Shown here: in pieces, positions 26,959 through 36,395 of the stretch
Layout: the number at the start of each line of letters is the position of its first letter
How positions within the stretch are numbered: position 1 is the first letter of the stretch
Source: Planctomycetota bacterium
GTDB lineage: Bacteria; Planctomycetota; UBA11346
NCBI GenBank assembly: GCA_003136555.1
Contig: PLEW01000175.1
Span: 2,353 to 66,352 of the forward strand
Length of the DNA stretch: 64,000 bases
Reading direction: 5' to 3'
The notes under the pieces: generated by a model
Told to the model about the DNA's origin: nothing
Database searches by the model: none
The model's input: the letters and a program-made list of their open reading frames with translations, nothing else
Program-made: the position numbers and the translations under genes

Positions 26959-27972
26959 ATGCTCGACGATCCGAATTTCGTGCCCTTCATCCGCACATCG
27001 ACCTGGTCGGGCATTGCCGACTGCTTCACCTGTCCGCTGCTCAAGGACGACGGCCACCTGGTGATCGCCTACGGGCTGCTGGGCTCATCCAGCGTCACCT
27101 ACCTCACCCAGGCCGGCCGCAAGGCCAGCGAGCTGACGGATGTCGAGATCCACATCCGCGCCATCCGCAACATGCTCAAGGTGCCCGGCCGTCCGAATTG
27201 GCAGGAGCACAAGCTGGGCGGCGAGAGCTATGTGATGCGGGTCGGCAATGAGCTGGTCGCCTCAGGGGTGCTCAATGCCAAGGGGCTGCTGCGGCTCAAC
27301 GACTTCCTCGACGCGCCGAGCTACTACGTCGCCATCCCCTGCCTCTTCACCATGGTTGCCGCAACCCACCCCGGCCTGCTCAGCGGCATCGTCAAGGGAC
27401 TCTATGAGGATGCCGTGCGCGACAGCGCGGGTCCGATCAGCGATCGGCTGATGGTGGTCAACAAGGGCCAGCTGAGCAGCTATGCCGGCGCACCCCCCGC
27501 CTCCTCCTCCGGCGAGCCGGCCGATCAGGCGGGCCAGGTGCTGGTGCTCACCCAGGGGCTGGCGGCGGTGTGGGTGGTGACGGAGCACGCCAAGGGCGCC
27601 GTCGGCGACGGCACCTCGGTGGCGTTCGTCAGCGGCGTCAAGCGCCGCCTGGCCAAGGAGGCGCCGGCGCTGGTCGAGCTGGTGGCGTCTGCGGAGAGCG
27701 GGGTCGATGAGGCGGCCGCGTCGGTGCGCCGGACCAAGGAGGCGATCGGCGGCATCGATGCGATGGCCGGGGTGCTGCGACCAGCGTTGGGGGCAGCGGC
27801 CTTCGACGAGCTCTCGAGGGCGCTGATCGGCGCGGCCACCGACCTCGGGCAGTCCGGCACCGGCTTCTTCGGCATCGGCCGCAAGCTGCCGGATGACGTG
27901 CGCGTGGTGGTGCGTGCGCTCTCAGGCGTGCTCGGGCTGGCGAACGCCACCCCTGCACGTCCGGCACCCTGA
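26959..27972 (+). CDS. Hypothetical two-domain protein; C-terminal part resembles TerB-like helical domains
   Basis: Strong coding bias; C-terminal GFFGIGRKL...VLG pattern. Confidence 0.65.
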   Translation: MLDDPNFVPFIRTSTWSGIADCFTCPLLKDDGHLVIAYGLLGSSSVTYLTQAGRKASELTDVEIHIRAIRNMLKVPGRPNWQEHKLGGESYVMRVGNELVASGVLNAKGLLRLNDFLDAPSYYVAIPCLFTMVAATHPGLLSGIVKGLYEDAVRDSAGPISDRLMVVNKGQLSSYAGAPPASSSGEPADQAGQVLVLTQGLAAVWVVTEHAKGAVGDGTSVAFVSGVKRRLAKEAPALVELVASAESGVDEAAASVRRTKEAIGGIDAMAGVLRPALGAAAFDELSRALIGAATDLGQSGTGFFGIGRKLPDDVRVVVRALSGVLGLANATPARPAP

Positions 27973-27984
27973 TCGACCAAGGAC

Positions 27985-28710
27985 TCAGGGGCGCTTCTGC
28001 CCGTAATAGGCCGCCGGCCCATGCTTGCGCTGATAGTGCTTGTCGAGCAGGTAGCGCGGCACGCTGATGGCGGTGGGAGCGAGGGTGCGGGTGTGCACCA
28101 GCATGCGCGCCAGGCGCTCCATCACCACCGCATGGTAGACCGCCTTCTCCACCGTCGCACCCCAGGCGAACGGGGCATGCTGACTGATCAGCGCCCCCGG
28201 GATGCTGAGCGGATCGAGCCGATCGGCAGCGAAGCGCTCGATGATCACCGCGCCGGTGCTGACCTCATAGCCGTCCTCGATCTCCTGGGCGGTCAGCGGC
28301 CGGGTGCAGGGGATGTCGCCGGCGAAGTAGTCGGCATGGGTGGTCCCCAAGGCGGGGATGGGCAGGCCGGCCTGGGCGACGCTGGTGGCGTATTCGCTAT
28401 GGGTGTGGACGATCCCGCCGATGGACGGCCAGGCGCGGTAGAGCTCGAGATGGGTGGGGGTGTCGGAGCTCGGGGCCAGGGTGGCCTGGCCGGCGGCGGC
28501 AGGGATCACCGCCCCGTCGGCCAGGCGGATGGCCACCAGGTGCTCTGGCCGCAGGTGCTGGTAATCGACGCCGCTGGGCTTGATCACCATCACCCCGGCA
28601 TCGCGATCGACGGCCGAGGCATTGCCCCAGGTGAACAGCACCAGGCCGTGGCGCACCAGATCGCAATTCGCGGTCAGCACCCGCTCGCGCAGGGCATCAA
28701 GGGGGGTCAT
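27985..28710 (-). CDS. araD: L-ribulose-5-phosphate 4-epimerase (class II aldolase family)
   Basis: FTWGNAS, IKPSGVDY, PSSDTPTH, GIVHTHS, GTTHADYF and HAPFAWG motifs. Confidence 0.95.
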   Translation of the reverse strand: MTPLDALRERVLTANCDLVRHGLVLFTWGNASAVDRDAGVMVIKPSGVDYQHLRPEHLVAIRLADGAVIPAAAGQATLAPSSDTPTHLELYRAWPSIGGIVHTHSEYATSVAQAGLPIPALGTTHADYFAGDIPCTRPLTAQEIEDGYEVSTGAVIIERFAADRLDPLSIPGALISQHAPFAWGATVEKAVYHAVVMERLARMLVHTRTLAPTAISVPRYLLDKHYQRKHGPAAYYGQKRP

Positions 28711-28953
28711 GGCGGCATCCTGTCCTGATTTCCGCCGGCGCCAGGGCTCCCATCCCATCCTGGTCCGTCGTGCTGGCTGGACGGCTCGCGCGCACCCATC
28801 CAGGGCACCTATCTGGTTGCCGCCCAAGGCAAGAGGGAATCACTCTTGAAATTTCCACCCGATCGCTAGCATCATTTGCGCAAAAATTGAGCGATCTTGC
28901 GGCTGCCGCAGCCCTAATCGTTCCGCTCATTTCCAACAACACAAGGAGTCAGC

Positions 28954-29358
28954 ATGCGCATTGCCGTCCGTGCCACCGAGGAAGCCATCATCCGGTTGCT
29001 GCGTGCCGGGCACCCCCTGCCTGGTGACGTCGTTGATCGCGAGTTGGAGACCCGATTGCCGGTGTTTCAGAGTGTCGAAGCCGTTCCCGTAAAGAATTAC
29101 GGCATCGAAGGCACGGGACGCATCGTCGTCGCGCGTGGTCGCAAGGATGTCTGGTTCGTCGATATCAAGCGTCGGGCATCGAAGATCTCGCCCAAGGATG
29201 GCGAGGCGTTCGTCGAGATGCGCGACAAGCTGCAGCAGCGCTATCCGGGCCAGAAGGTCACCGGATGGCTGGTGACCACCGCCGACGTGGACACCAAGGC
29301 CAAGTCCTTCATCGCTGAGCAGGGATGCTTTGCGACGGCGGGCGCCGCCAAGCGCTAA
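28954..29358 (+). CDS. Small hypothetical protein with restriction-endonuclease-like (Mrr_cat/PD-(D/E)XK) fold features
   Basis: AAGGAG ribosome-binding site; WFVDIK and GWLVTT...AK pattern. Confidence 0.6.
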   Translation: MRIAVRATEEAIIRLLRAGHPLPGDVVDRELETRLPVFQSVEAVPVKNYGIEGTGRIVVARGRKDVWFVDIKRRASKISPKDGEAFVEMRDKLQQRYPGQKVTGWLVTTADVDTKAKSFIAEQGCFATAGAAKR

Positions 29359-29397
29359 CCCACTGCAAGAACCTGGGTTAGTAAAAGAGCTATCAGG

Positions 29398-29430
29398 CGA
29401 ACCGGAGCAGGGATGACCTGCTCCGGTTCG
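29398..29430. terminator. Perfect 14-bp hairpin between convergent genes, probable bidirectional terminator
   Basis: CGAACCGGAGCAGG-GATGA-CCTGCTCCGGTTCG lies between the 29358 stop and the dnaE stop at 29454. Confidence 0.7.
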
Positions 29431-29453
29431 TTGTCTCATCGGTCCATCTGACG

Positions 29454-32400
29454 TCAGCCGGCGTGGGCGGGGACATACCGTCCCGACGCCTCGGCCTGCC
29501 GGGGTGGTCCGCAGACCACCGCGATGCGGCTCTCCCCCCAGAGGCTGCGCAGACGGCCGACCAGAGCGCTGCTGGGGTGCACGCGCCAGCGTTCGCCCAC
29601 CTTGAGGGTGAGCAGCACATCGCCGGGGGTATGCACCAGGAGCGTCACCGGGCAGCCGCCGCTGTGCTCCTTGAACACCATGTCGCAGCGGTCAACCAGG
29701 CCCAGCAGCTGCGCGGCGTCAGCGGCGCAGGCCAGATCGATGGTGACCACCAGCTCCCGGGCAAGGCGCTCGAGCACCAGGTGCGCCGGCACCACCTCGG
29801 TGATGCGCAGGCTGGGCAGCTCGTCGCTGTGGGGTGGCTCAACCGGACCGGCGTCCTCGCCGTCGCCCAGCGGCGGCTCGGCATCGTCGCTGGGCGGTGG
29901 CGGCCGGCTGCTGCGGCGCTCCCGCCGTTCGACCGTGCCGCTGAACAGCGCCACCAGGTCCGGTTCGCATTCGGCCCCGAACTGCTCATAGGGTCCCGGG
30001 TTCGCCTCGCCACGGCGGTTCTGCCCGCCGGGGAAGAGTACCGCCTCGAAGCGGCCATGCTCGTCCTCGAGGGTGAGCACCGCCATGGTCTTGCCGGCCT
30101 TGGTGCGGATGACGCGCTTGGCCAGCACCACCGCGGCGACGGTGGCGTTGCTGCCGCTGGCCAGGTCCGCCAGACCGCGGCTGACCTGGGTGGCGATGGG
30201 CAGGAGATCGTCGCGATGGCTGGCCAGCGGATGGCTGGAGATCCAATAGCCGGTCAGGCCCTTCTCGAAGGCCAGGCGCTCGGCCTGCGACCAATCGGGG
30301 ACATCCTGGTAGCCCTGGGTCTCCTGTTTGAAGGAGGCCTCGCTCTCGAAGGCATCGAACAGCGTCTGCTGGTTGTCGGCCTTGGTCCTGGTGACGCGGT
30401 TGCCGCGGTCGAAGGCGCGGTCCTGGGTCTCCATCAGGCTGCGGCGATTCTGGTGCAGGCTGTCCAGCGCACCGACCTTGATCAGGCTCTCGACCACGCG
30501 CTTGTTCACCACCCTGGTATCGACCCGTTCGCACAGGTCGTAGAGGCTGAGGTAGGGTCCATTGCCGGTGCGCTCGCGGATCAGGGTGTCGGCCGCGGAC
30601 TCGCCGATCGCCTTCACGCCGCCGAAGCCGAAGCGCACCTTCGGCCTGGCCTCGGCCTGCTGCGCGCCATCGCCAGGTCCGGCCGCCGGGCGCGCCGCCA
30701 CCAGGGTGAACTCCCAGCCCGACTCGTTGATGTCAGGCGGGAGCACCGGGATGCCCGAGGAGCGCAGCTCCTCGACGAACTTGGTCATCTTGTCCTTGTT
30801 GTCCATTTCATAGATGAGGTTCGCGGTCATGAAGGCGGCATAATGGTTGGCCTTCACAAAGGCGGTCCAGTAGGCGATCAGGCCGTAGCAGGCAGAGTGC
30901 GACTTGTTGAAGCAATAGCTGGCGAAGCCGAGGATCTTCTCCCACATCTCCTTGCACTTCGAGCGATCGAACTGGTGCGCCGACCAGGCTCCGGCGATGA
31001 ACTTCTCCTCGAGCTTCTTGAGCACATTGATGTCCTTCTTGCCCATCGCCTTGCGCAGGTCGTCGGCTTCAGCCGGGGTGAAGCCGCAGAGCTCGCGGCT
31101 GATCGACATCACCTGCTCCTGGTAGATGTACAGGCCGTAGGTCTCCTTGAGCACGCCTTCGAGCACCGGATGCGGGTAGTCGACCCGCTCGCGCCCATGC
31201 TTGCGGTCGCAATACTGGATGTGCATGCCGGCCATCAGCGGGCCGGGGCGGTAGAGCGCGACCAGGGCGATGAGGTCCTCGAAGCGGTCGGGCTTGAGCA
31301 GCTTGATCAGCTCCTGGAAGCCGGGCGACTCGCATTGGAAGACGCCAAGGGTCTCGCCCTTGCCCAGCATCTCGAAGGTCTTGCGGTCATCGAGCGGCAC
31401 CAGCCCGTAATCGAGCGTGCGGCCCTCGCTCTGGCGCACGATGTCGGCGGTCTTCTTCAGGATCGACATGGTCTTCAGGCCGAGGAAGTCCATCTTCAGC
31501 AGGCCGCATTTCTCGACCTGGCTCATGTTGTACTGGGTGGCGGCCTTGTCCTTCACCCGGCAGACCGGCACATAGTCGTGCACCGGCCCAGGTGCGATGA
31601 TGATGCCGCACGCATGCACGCCGAGCGAGCGGCCGAGCTTCTCGAGCTGGAGCGCGCAGTCGAGCACCTGGCGCGAGCGCTGATCGCCTTCGTAGCGCTT
31701 CACCATCTGCTCGACCGCGCCGTACTCGTTCTTGTCCTTGTCGATGGGCTTGCGCCCGAGGCAGACCTGCAGGTCGTGCTTCCCCGAGGGGTCCTCCGGC
31801 ACCAGGTTGGCCAGCTCCTGCGATTCCTCCGGCGTCCAGTGGTAGGCGCGGGCGACGTCCTTGATCGCCATGCGTGCCTTCATCGTCCCGAGGGTCATGA
31901 TCTGCGTCACCGCATCGTGGCCGTACTTGTTGGCCACGTACTCGATGACTTCGCCCCGGCGGTCTTTGCAGAAGTCGATGTCGATATCAGGCATCGACTT
32001 GCGGCCGGGATTGAGGAAACGCTCGAAGAGCAGGCCGTAGCGCAGGGGGCAGATGTCGGTGATGCCCATCGCAAAGGCGACGATCGAACCCGCCGCCGAA
32101 CCGCGCCCGGGGCCGACCGGGATGCCGCGGTCCTTGGCCCAGTTGATGAAATCGGCGACGATCAGGAAGTAGGCGGCGAAGCCCATCTTGAGGATGGTCT
32201 CGAGCTCGAAGCGCAGGCGCTCCGGCACCTCGGCGGGCGGCGTGTCGCCGTAGCGCCGGGCGATGCCGCGCGCGCACAGCTCGCGCAGCCAGCTCTCCTG
32301 GTTGTGCCCGTCCGGACAGGTGAAGATCGGCAGGTAGTAGGAGCCGGTGGGGATCATGGAGTGCGAGCACAGCTCGCGCACCAGGCGGGTGTTGCCGATC

Positions 32401-33173
32401 GCCTCCGGGAGATCGTGGAACAGCGCCGTCATCTCCTCTGCGGTCTTGAGGTAGAACTCGTCCGAAGGCATGCGCTTGCGATGGGTGTCATCGATGGTGG
32501 TGACCTTCTGGATCGCCAGCTGCACATCGTGGATGGAGTGGTCGGAGCGCTCCAGGTAGTGCACCCAGTTGGTGGCGACCACGGCGACCTGCTGCGCGCG
32601 CGCCAGGCTCAGCGCGGCGGTGCGGGTGCTGAGCGGTCCATCGCACTGGTGGTCGGTCAGCTCGACGAACACGCGCTCGCGCGAGAAGATGTCGACCAGC
32701 AGGCCGAGCTGGCGCGCCGCCTCATCCTCGGCGCCGGACTGCAGGTGGCGGTTGAGGAAGCCATCGCGGCCGGCGCCGGTCAGGCAGACGATATCGGCGC
32801 TGAGGGCCTGGATGGCCTCGATATCGACGCGGGGCTCGAAGTAGAAGCCCTCGAGCCAGCCGCGGCTGACCAGCTTGGCGAGGTTGCGGTAGCCATTCTC
32901 GTTCTGCGCCAGCAGCACCAGCTGGTGCCAGTCCCGCACCCGCTCCTTCATCCCCAGGGGTGCGACGTTGACCTGGCAGCCGATGATCGCGCCCACCCCC
33001 ACCTCCTTGGCGGCGCTGTAGAACTCGTAGGCGCCGAAGAGGTTGCCGCGGTCGGTGAGCGCGACCGCATCCATGCCCCTGTCCTTGACCGAACGCAGCA
33101 GCCGGCCCACGGTGATGGGCGACTCCAGCAGGGTGTAGTGGCTGTGGACATGCAGATGGGTGAAATCGGACAT
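29454..33173 (-). CDS. dnaE: DNA polymerase III alpha subunit
   Basis: HLHVHS PHP domain, GPGRGSAAGS, MPDIDIDF, LLKMDFLGL, FNKSH and a C-terminal OB fold. Confidence 0.98.
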   Translation of the reverse strand: MSDFTHLHVHSHYTLLESPITVGRLLRSVKDRGMDAVALTDRGNLFGAYEFYSAAKEVGVGAIIGCQVNVAPLGMKERVRDWHQLVLLAQNENGYRNLAKLVSRGWLEGFYFEPRVDIEAIQALSADIVCLTGAGRDGFLNRHLQSGAEDEAARQLGLLVDIFSRERVFVELTDHQCDGPLSTRTAALSLARAQQVAVVATNWVHYLERSDHSIHDVQLAIQKVTTIDDTHRKRMPSDEFYLKTAEEMTALFHDLPEAIGNTRLVRELCSHSMIPTGSYYLPIFTCPDGHNQESWLRELCARGIARRYGDTPPAEVPERLRFELETILKMGFAAYFLIVADFINWAKDRGIPVGPGRGSAAGSIVAFAMGITDICPLRYGLLFERFLNPGRKSMPDIDIDFCKDRRGEVIEYVANKYGHDAVTQIMTLGTMKARMAIKDVARAYHWTPEESQELANLVPEDPSGKHDLQVCLGRKPIDKDKNEYGAVEQMVKRYEGDQRSRQVLDCALQLEKLGRSLGVHACGIIIAPGPVHDYVPVCRVKDKAATQYNMSQVEKCGLLKMDFLGLKTMSILKKTADIVRQSEGRTLDYGLVPLDDRKTFEMLGKGETLGVFQCESPGFQELIKLLKPDRFEDLIALVALYRPGPLMAGMHIQYCDRKHGRERVDYPHPVLEGVLKETYGLYIYQEQVMSISRELCGFTPAEADDLRKAMGKKDINVLKKLEEKFIAGAWSAHQFDRSKCKEMWEKILGFASYCFNKSHSACYGLIAYWTAFVKANHYAAFMTANLIYEMDNKDKMTKFVEELRSSGIPVLPPDINESGWEFTLVAARPAAGPGDGAQQAEARPKVRFGFGGVKAIGESAADTLIRERTGNGPYLSLYDLCERVDTRVVNKRVVESLIKVGALDSLHQNRRSLMETQDRAFDRGNRVTRTKADNQQTLFDAFESEASFKQETQGYQDVPDWSQAERLAFEKGLTGYWISSHPLASHRDDLLPIATQVSRGLADLASGSNATVAAVVLAKRVIRTKAGKTMAVLTLEDEHGRFEAVLFPGGQNRRGEANPGPYEQFGAECEPDLVALFSGTVERRERRSSRPPPPSDDAEPPLGDGEDAGPVEPPHSDELPSLRITEVVPAHLVLERLARELVVTIDLACAADAAQLLGLVDRCDMVFKEHSGGCPVTLLVHTPGDVLLTLKVGERWRVHPSSALVGRLRSLWGESRIAVVCGPPRQAEASGRYVPAHAG

Positions 33174-33269
33174 GGGTTCAGGGCCGCCGGCAGGGCATGC
33201 CCGCACCATAGCGCAGGGCCGGCGGTGTGAACCACCAGATGCGCCGGTCCTCTGCGCGCCTGGTGGCGC

Positions 33270-34742
33270 CTAGAACTTCACCGTCAGGTTGCCCGCGATC
33301 AGGTAGACCAGGTCGCGCGCCGGGTTCGGGCTGAGCGACACCGAGTCATAGGCCGAGCCCGGCTTGAAGGCGCCGGCCAGCAGGCTGATGGTGGCATTGG
33401 AGGTGTAGTCCCAGGCGAGGGTGAAGTCGCCCTCCTGGCCGAAGTCCTTGGTCCCGGCGGTGGTCGCCTTGGCCAGGCGGTAATCGGCATAGATGAGCTT
33501 CACCCGCACCCGCTTGCGGTCGTCGAGGGCGTACTCGAACTTGGCCTTGAGCGCCTCCAGGTCGCCCTGCACCAGGTTGGCCAGACGCCCGTACTTCGGG
33601 TTCTCGACGATCAGGGTGTCGCTCGTGCCCGACCACTTGTTGATGAAGGCATGGTTGGTGGTGTTGGGGGTGCCGGCGGCGTTATTGTCGGTGTCATCGC
33701 CGCTGAGGAAGTCGCCTTGCAGGCCGAAGACCAGGTTGGTGTCCAGGTGCCAGTCCACCCCGCCGCTGACGCCGAAGCCGCCGAAGGTGGTGTTGGCGTC
33801 CTGGGTGCCGCGCTGCATGGCGAATTCGCCGAACAGCTCCACATCGCTGAGGTCGGCATCGGCGCCGACGTAGTAGGTGTAGAGCTTGCTGCCGTACACC
33901 GGGGCGGCATTCACCGAGGCGAAGCCGTCGTTGGTGTTGAGCTGGATGTCGCGCTCGAGATTCGCCGATGCGGTGACGAAGTAGCGGTCGTTGCCGGTGG
34001 TCTCCGGCTGCCAATCGACCATCGCCCCGAACAGCGAGCTGTTGTCGGGCATGCGCAGCGCGTAGGGGGTGAAGTCCAGGGTGTCGTAATTGTAGCGGGC
34101 GCGGGCGCCGTCCCAGCTGGTGATGGTGGGATCGTTGGCGTGGCTGTCATAGAGGAAGGCGGCGTGGTCCTTGCGCAAGTTCCAGCAGACCGGCATGCGG
34201 CCGACCTCGACCGTGAGATTGCGGCTGTTGAGGAACTCCTTGAGCGTCACGAAGGCGTCGTTGACCACCGCATTGCCGGACGAGCCGTCGACCGGGGCGT
34301 TGGAGGTGGAGTTGTTGTTCGCCGCCGTGCCGGCGGGCTGGGTCGGCGAATTGGTGCCGGAGACCCCCTGGTAGGCGAGCCCCACCGACACCTCGATGCG
34401 GTCGTCGACCTCGACGCGTGCGCCCAGCTCGGTGCGGATCCATTCCTCGTTGCGATGGTCGGGGATATCGCCGTCGGCGGCGGTGTAGTGGCCGAGCATG
34501 ACGAAATCGATGTCGACCAGGCCCTGGATGTAGACCAGCCGGTTGGCGCTCTGCGACTTGCCCGGGGAGACCTCCACCTGGCCGCCATTCGGCCCGATCA
34601 CCGACGGACTGGAGCCGTTCGGGCTGCCCACCGGGGTCGGCGCCAGCGTCGGTGGCGGGTTGGTGGAATCGGCGGCGACGACCGGTAGGGCGGCGCTGAT
34701 CAGCAGCAGGCTGGGGACCAGGGAGGCGAAACGCGGTGGCAT
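33270..34742 (-). CDS. Outer-membrane beta-barrel protein, alginate-export-like
   Basis: Signal peptide, alternating beta-strand pattern, DFLSGDD, DFGQEGD and terminal Phe (LTVKF). Confidence 0.75.
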   Translation of the reverse strand: MPPRFASLVPSLLLISAALPVVAADSTNPPPTLAPTPVGSPNGSSPSVIGPNGGQVEVSPGKSQSANRLVYIQGLVDIDFVMLGHYTAADGDIPDHRNEEWIRTELGARVEVDDRIEVSVGLAYQGVSGTNSPTQPAGTAANNNSTSNAPVDGSSGNAVVNDAFVTLKEFLNSRNLTVEVGRMPVCWNLRKDHAAFLYDSHANDPTITSWDGARARYNYDTLDFTPYALRMPDNSSLFGAMVDWQPETTGNDRYFVTASANLERDIQLNTNDGFASVNAAPVYGSKLYTYYVGADADLSDVELFGEFAMQRGTQDANTTFGGFGVSGGVDWHLDTNLVFGLQGDFLSGDDTDNNAAGTPNTTNHAFINKWSGTSDTLIVENPKYGRLANLVQGDLEALKAKFEYALDDRKRVRVKLIYADYRLAKATTAGTKDFGQEGDFTLAWDYTSNATISLLAGAFKPGSAYDSVSLSPNPARDLVYLIAGNLTVKF

Positions 34743-34949
34743 GTGACCTCGGGGCGATGACCAGACGGGTTGACGAGGGAGCGGAGGGGTGCGGACATTA
34801 CCCGTGCACGCGCGCTGCGCAATGCAGAGAGCCCGGTCTTTGCCCCGCAGGAGCCGCGTATGCCGGTCCCCGGGTGAGGGTCGCACGGCAGTCGTTTGCA
34901 TCCGAGCGTGGCGATGGCAAGGTGCGGCGCGAGCCACAGGGAGTCGGAC

Positions 34950-35951
34950 ATGCGCACATTCGTGATCCTGGTGGTGCTAGCGGCAGCCGGATTCGGCGGC
35001 TGGAAATGGTACACGGGACGTCAGGCGTCCGCCAACCACGAGGCGGTGGCGAACGCACCCGCCAAGGAGACCGCTCCGCAGGCCAACCCCGGCTTCGGAT
35101 CGCCGGCGCAGCCCGATGCGCCGCTCCCGCCAGAGCTGAAGGCCGAGTATGACCGGGCCGAGGCGCTGTGGGCCCAGCTCGCCAAGGACGGCTCCCCTGC
35201 GGTCACGGTCAAGGCACCCCTCCTGGACCAGCTCTACAGCAAGGTGCTCCAGGGGATCTACAACAAGAGCGAGCACAAGGAGCTGGAGCAGCGCCTGGTC
35301 GCCGACCGCCTGACGCCCCTGGGCAACGAGCTGTTCTTCTCGCGTACCCGCTATCCCGAGGATGAGACCGGCATCATGGTGATGCATGAGGCCCAGCCGG
35401 GGGAGAGCCCGGACCGGATCGCCAAGAAATACGGCATGTGCGTCGAGCTGCTCAACCGCCTGCGCGGCATGACCAACCTCACCGATGCCAGCCTGCATGC
35501 CGGCGACCGGCTCAAGGTGGTGGCGGTGCGTGAGCACGGCGGCTATCTGCTGCATGTCGACAAGAGCGATTTCTACCTCGATTGCTACATCGCCGGCCTG
35601 TTGATCCGCCGCTACCCGATCTCGCATGGCGCCAAGGAGACCCCGACCCCGGTGGGCAAGACCCACCTGGTTGATCGCGTCCTCGATCCGACCTGGACCG
35701 ATCCGCACACCCACGAGGTCTACCAGCCAGGCGACGCACGGAACATCCTCGGCGGGGTGTGGATGTCCTTCTCCCCGGACGGCATCGGCCAGAGCGGGCT
35801 GGGCATCCACGGCTACACCGGAGCGGACGCGAAGATGCAGGCGATGGTCTCCAATGGCTGCGTCCGCCTGGACACCCCCCAGGCCAAGGAGCTCTACCAG
35901 ACCCTCGCCCATCCGGACCGCTGCCCGACCGCGGTCGAGATCGTCGAATAG
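34950..35951 (+). CDS. LysM-containing L,D-transpeptidase (YkuD family)
   Basis: N-terminal TM anchor, LysM (GESPDRIAKKYG), TPVG, GIHG and SNGCVRL catalytic His/Cys motifs. Confidence 0.9.
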   Translation: MRTFVILVVLAAAGFGGWKWYTGRQASANHEAVANAPAKETAPQANPGFGSPAQPDAPLPPELKAEYDRAEALWAQLAKDGSPAVTVKAPLLDQLYSKVLQGIYNKSEHKELEQRLVADRLTPLGNELFFSRTRYPEDETGIMVMHEAQPGESPDRIAKKYGMCVELLNRLRGMTNLTDASLHAGDRLKVVAVREHGGYLLHVDKSDFYLDCYIAGLLIRRYPISHGAKETPTPVGKTHLVDRVLDPTWTDPHTHEVYQPGDARNILGGVWMSFSPDGIGQSGLGIHGYTGADAKMQAMVSNGCVRLDTPQAKELYQTLAHPDRCPTAVEIVE

Positions 35952-36056
35952 AGGCACCCCGGCCCTCTGGGCCCGCGCAGCGGCATGTCAGAAAGGCCTT
36001 GCTCATCGGGGACCTGCACTAGAATCCCCGGCCCCACGCAAGGAGCATCGGTTGTT

Positions 36057-36269
36057 ATGATTCGCGTCGAAGCCCGCAGCGGTGAGCCCCTCGAGAAGAC
36101 CCTTCGCCGCTTCAAGAAGCGCTGCGAGAAGGAAGGTCTGACCAAGGACATCAAGAAGAACCTCTACTACGACAAGCCTAGCGAGCGTCGGCGCCGCGAA
36201 TCGCGCAAGCTCGAGAAGCGCCTGCTGCAGGAGAAGATGGAAGCCACCGCAGCGCAGCACGTGCGCTGA
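36057..36269 (+). CDS. rpsU: 30S ribosomal protein S21
   Basis: EPLEKTLRRFKKRCEKEG and YYDKPSERRRR motifs. Confidence 0.93.
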   Translation: MIRVEARSGEPLEKTLRRFKKRCEKEGLTKDIKKNLYYDKPSERRRRESRKLEKRLLQEKMEATAAQHVR

Positions 36270-36348
36270 ACGGCGCCCGGCCCCCGCCGCGCCCAGCGCA
36301 GCGCCATGCGTCCGGCGGCACCGTCCGCCCGGCGCGTGAGATGAACCG

Positions 36349-36380
36349 CCCCCGCGCTTCGACGCGGGGGTTGTCGTTTC
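36349..36380 (+). terminator. Intrinsic terminator-like hairpin after rpsU
   Basis: CCCCCGCG-CTTCGA-CGCGGGGG followed by TTGTCGTTTC. Confidence 0.6.
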
Positions 36381-36395
36381 CAGGGCGCGCCCAGC

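Noticed and set aside
30890-30925. Intein in dnaE at the YCFNKSH site
   Set aside because: The Cys-type insertion site is present but the sequence is continuous and the protein length is normal.
29463-33230. 1255-aa ORF antisense to dnaE, and similar long antisense ORFs (12335..14044, 53843..55543, 61311..63188)
   Set aside because: Shadow frames expected from high GC3 codon bias; no motifs, and they mirror well-supported genes.
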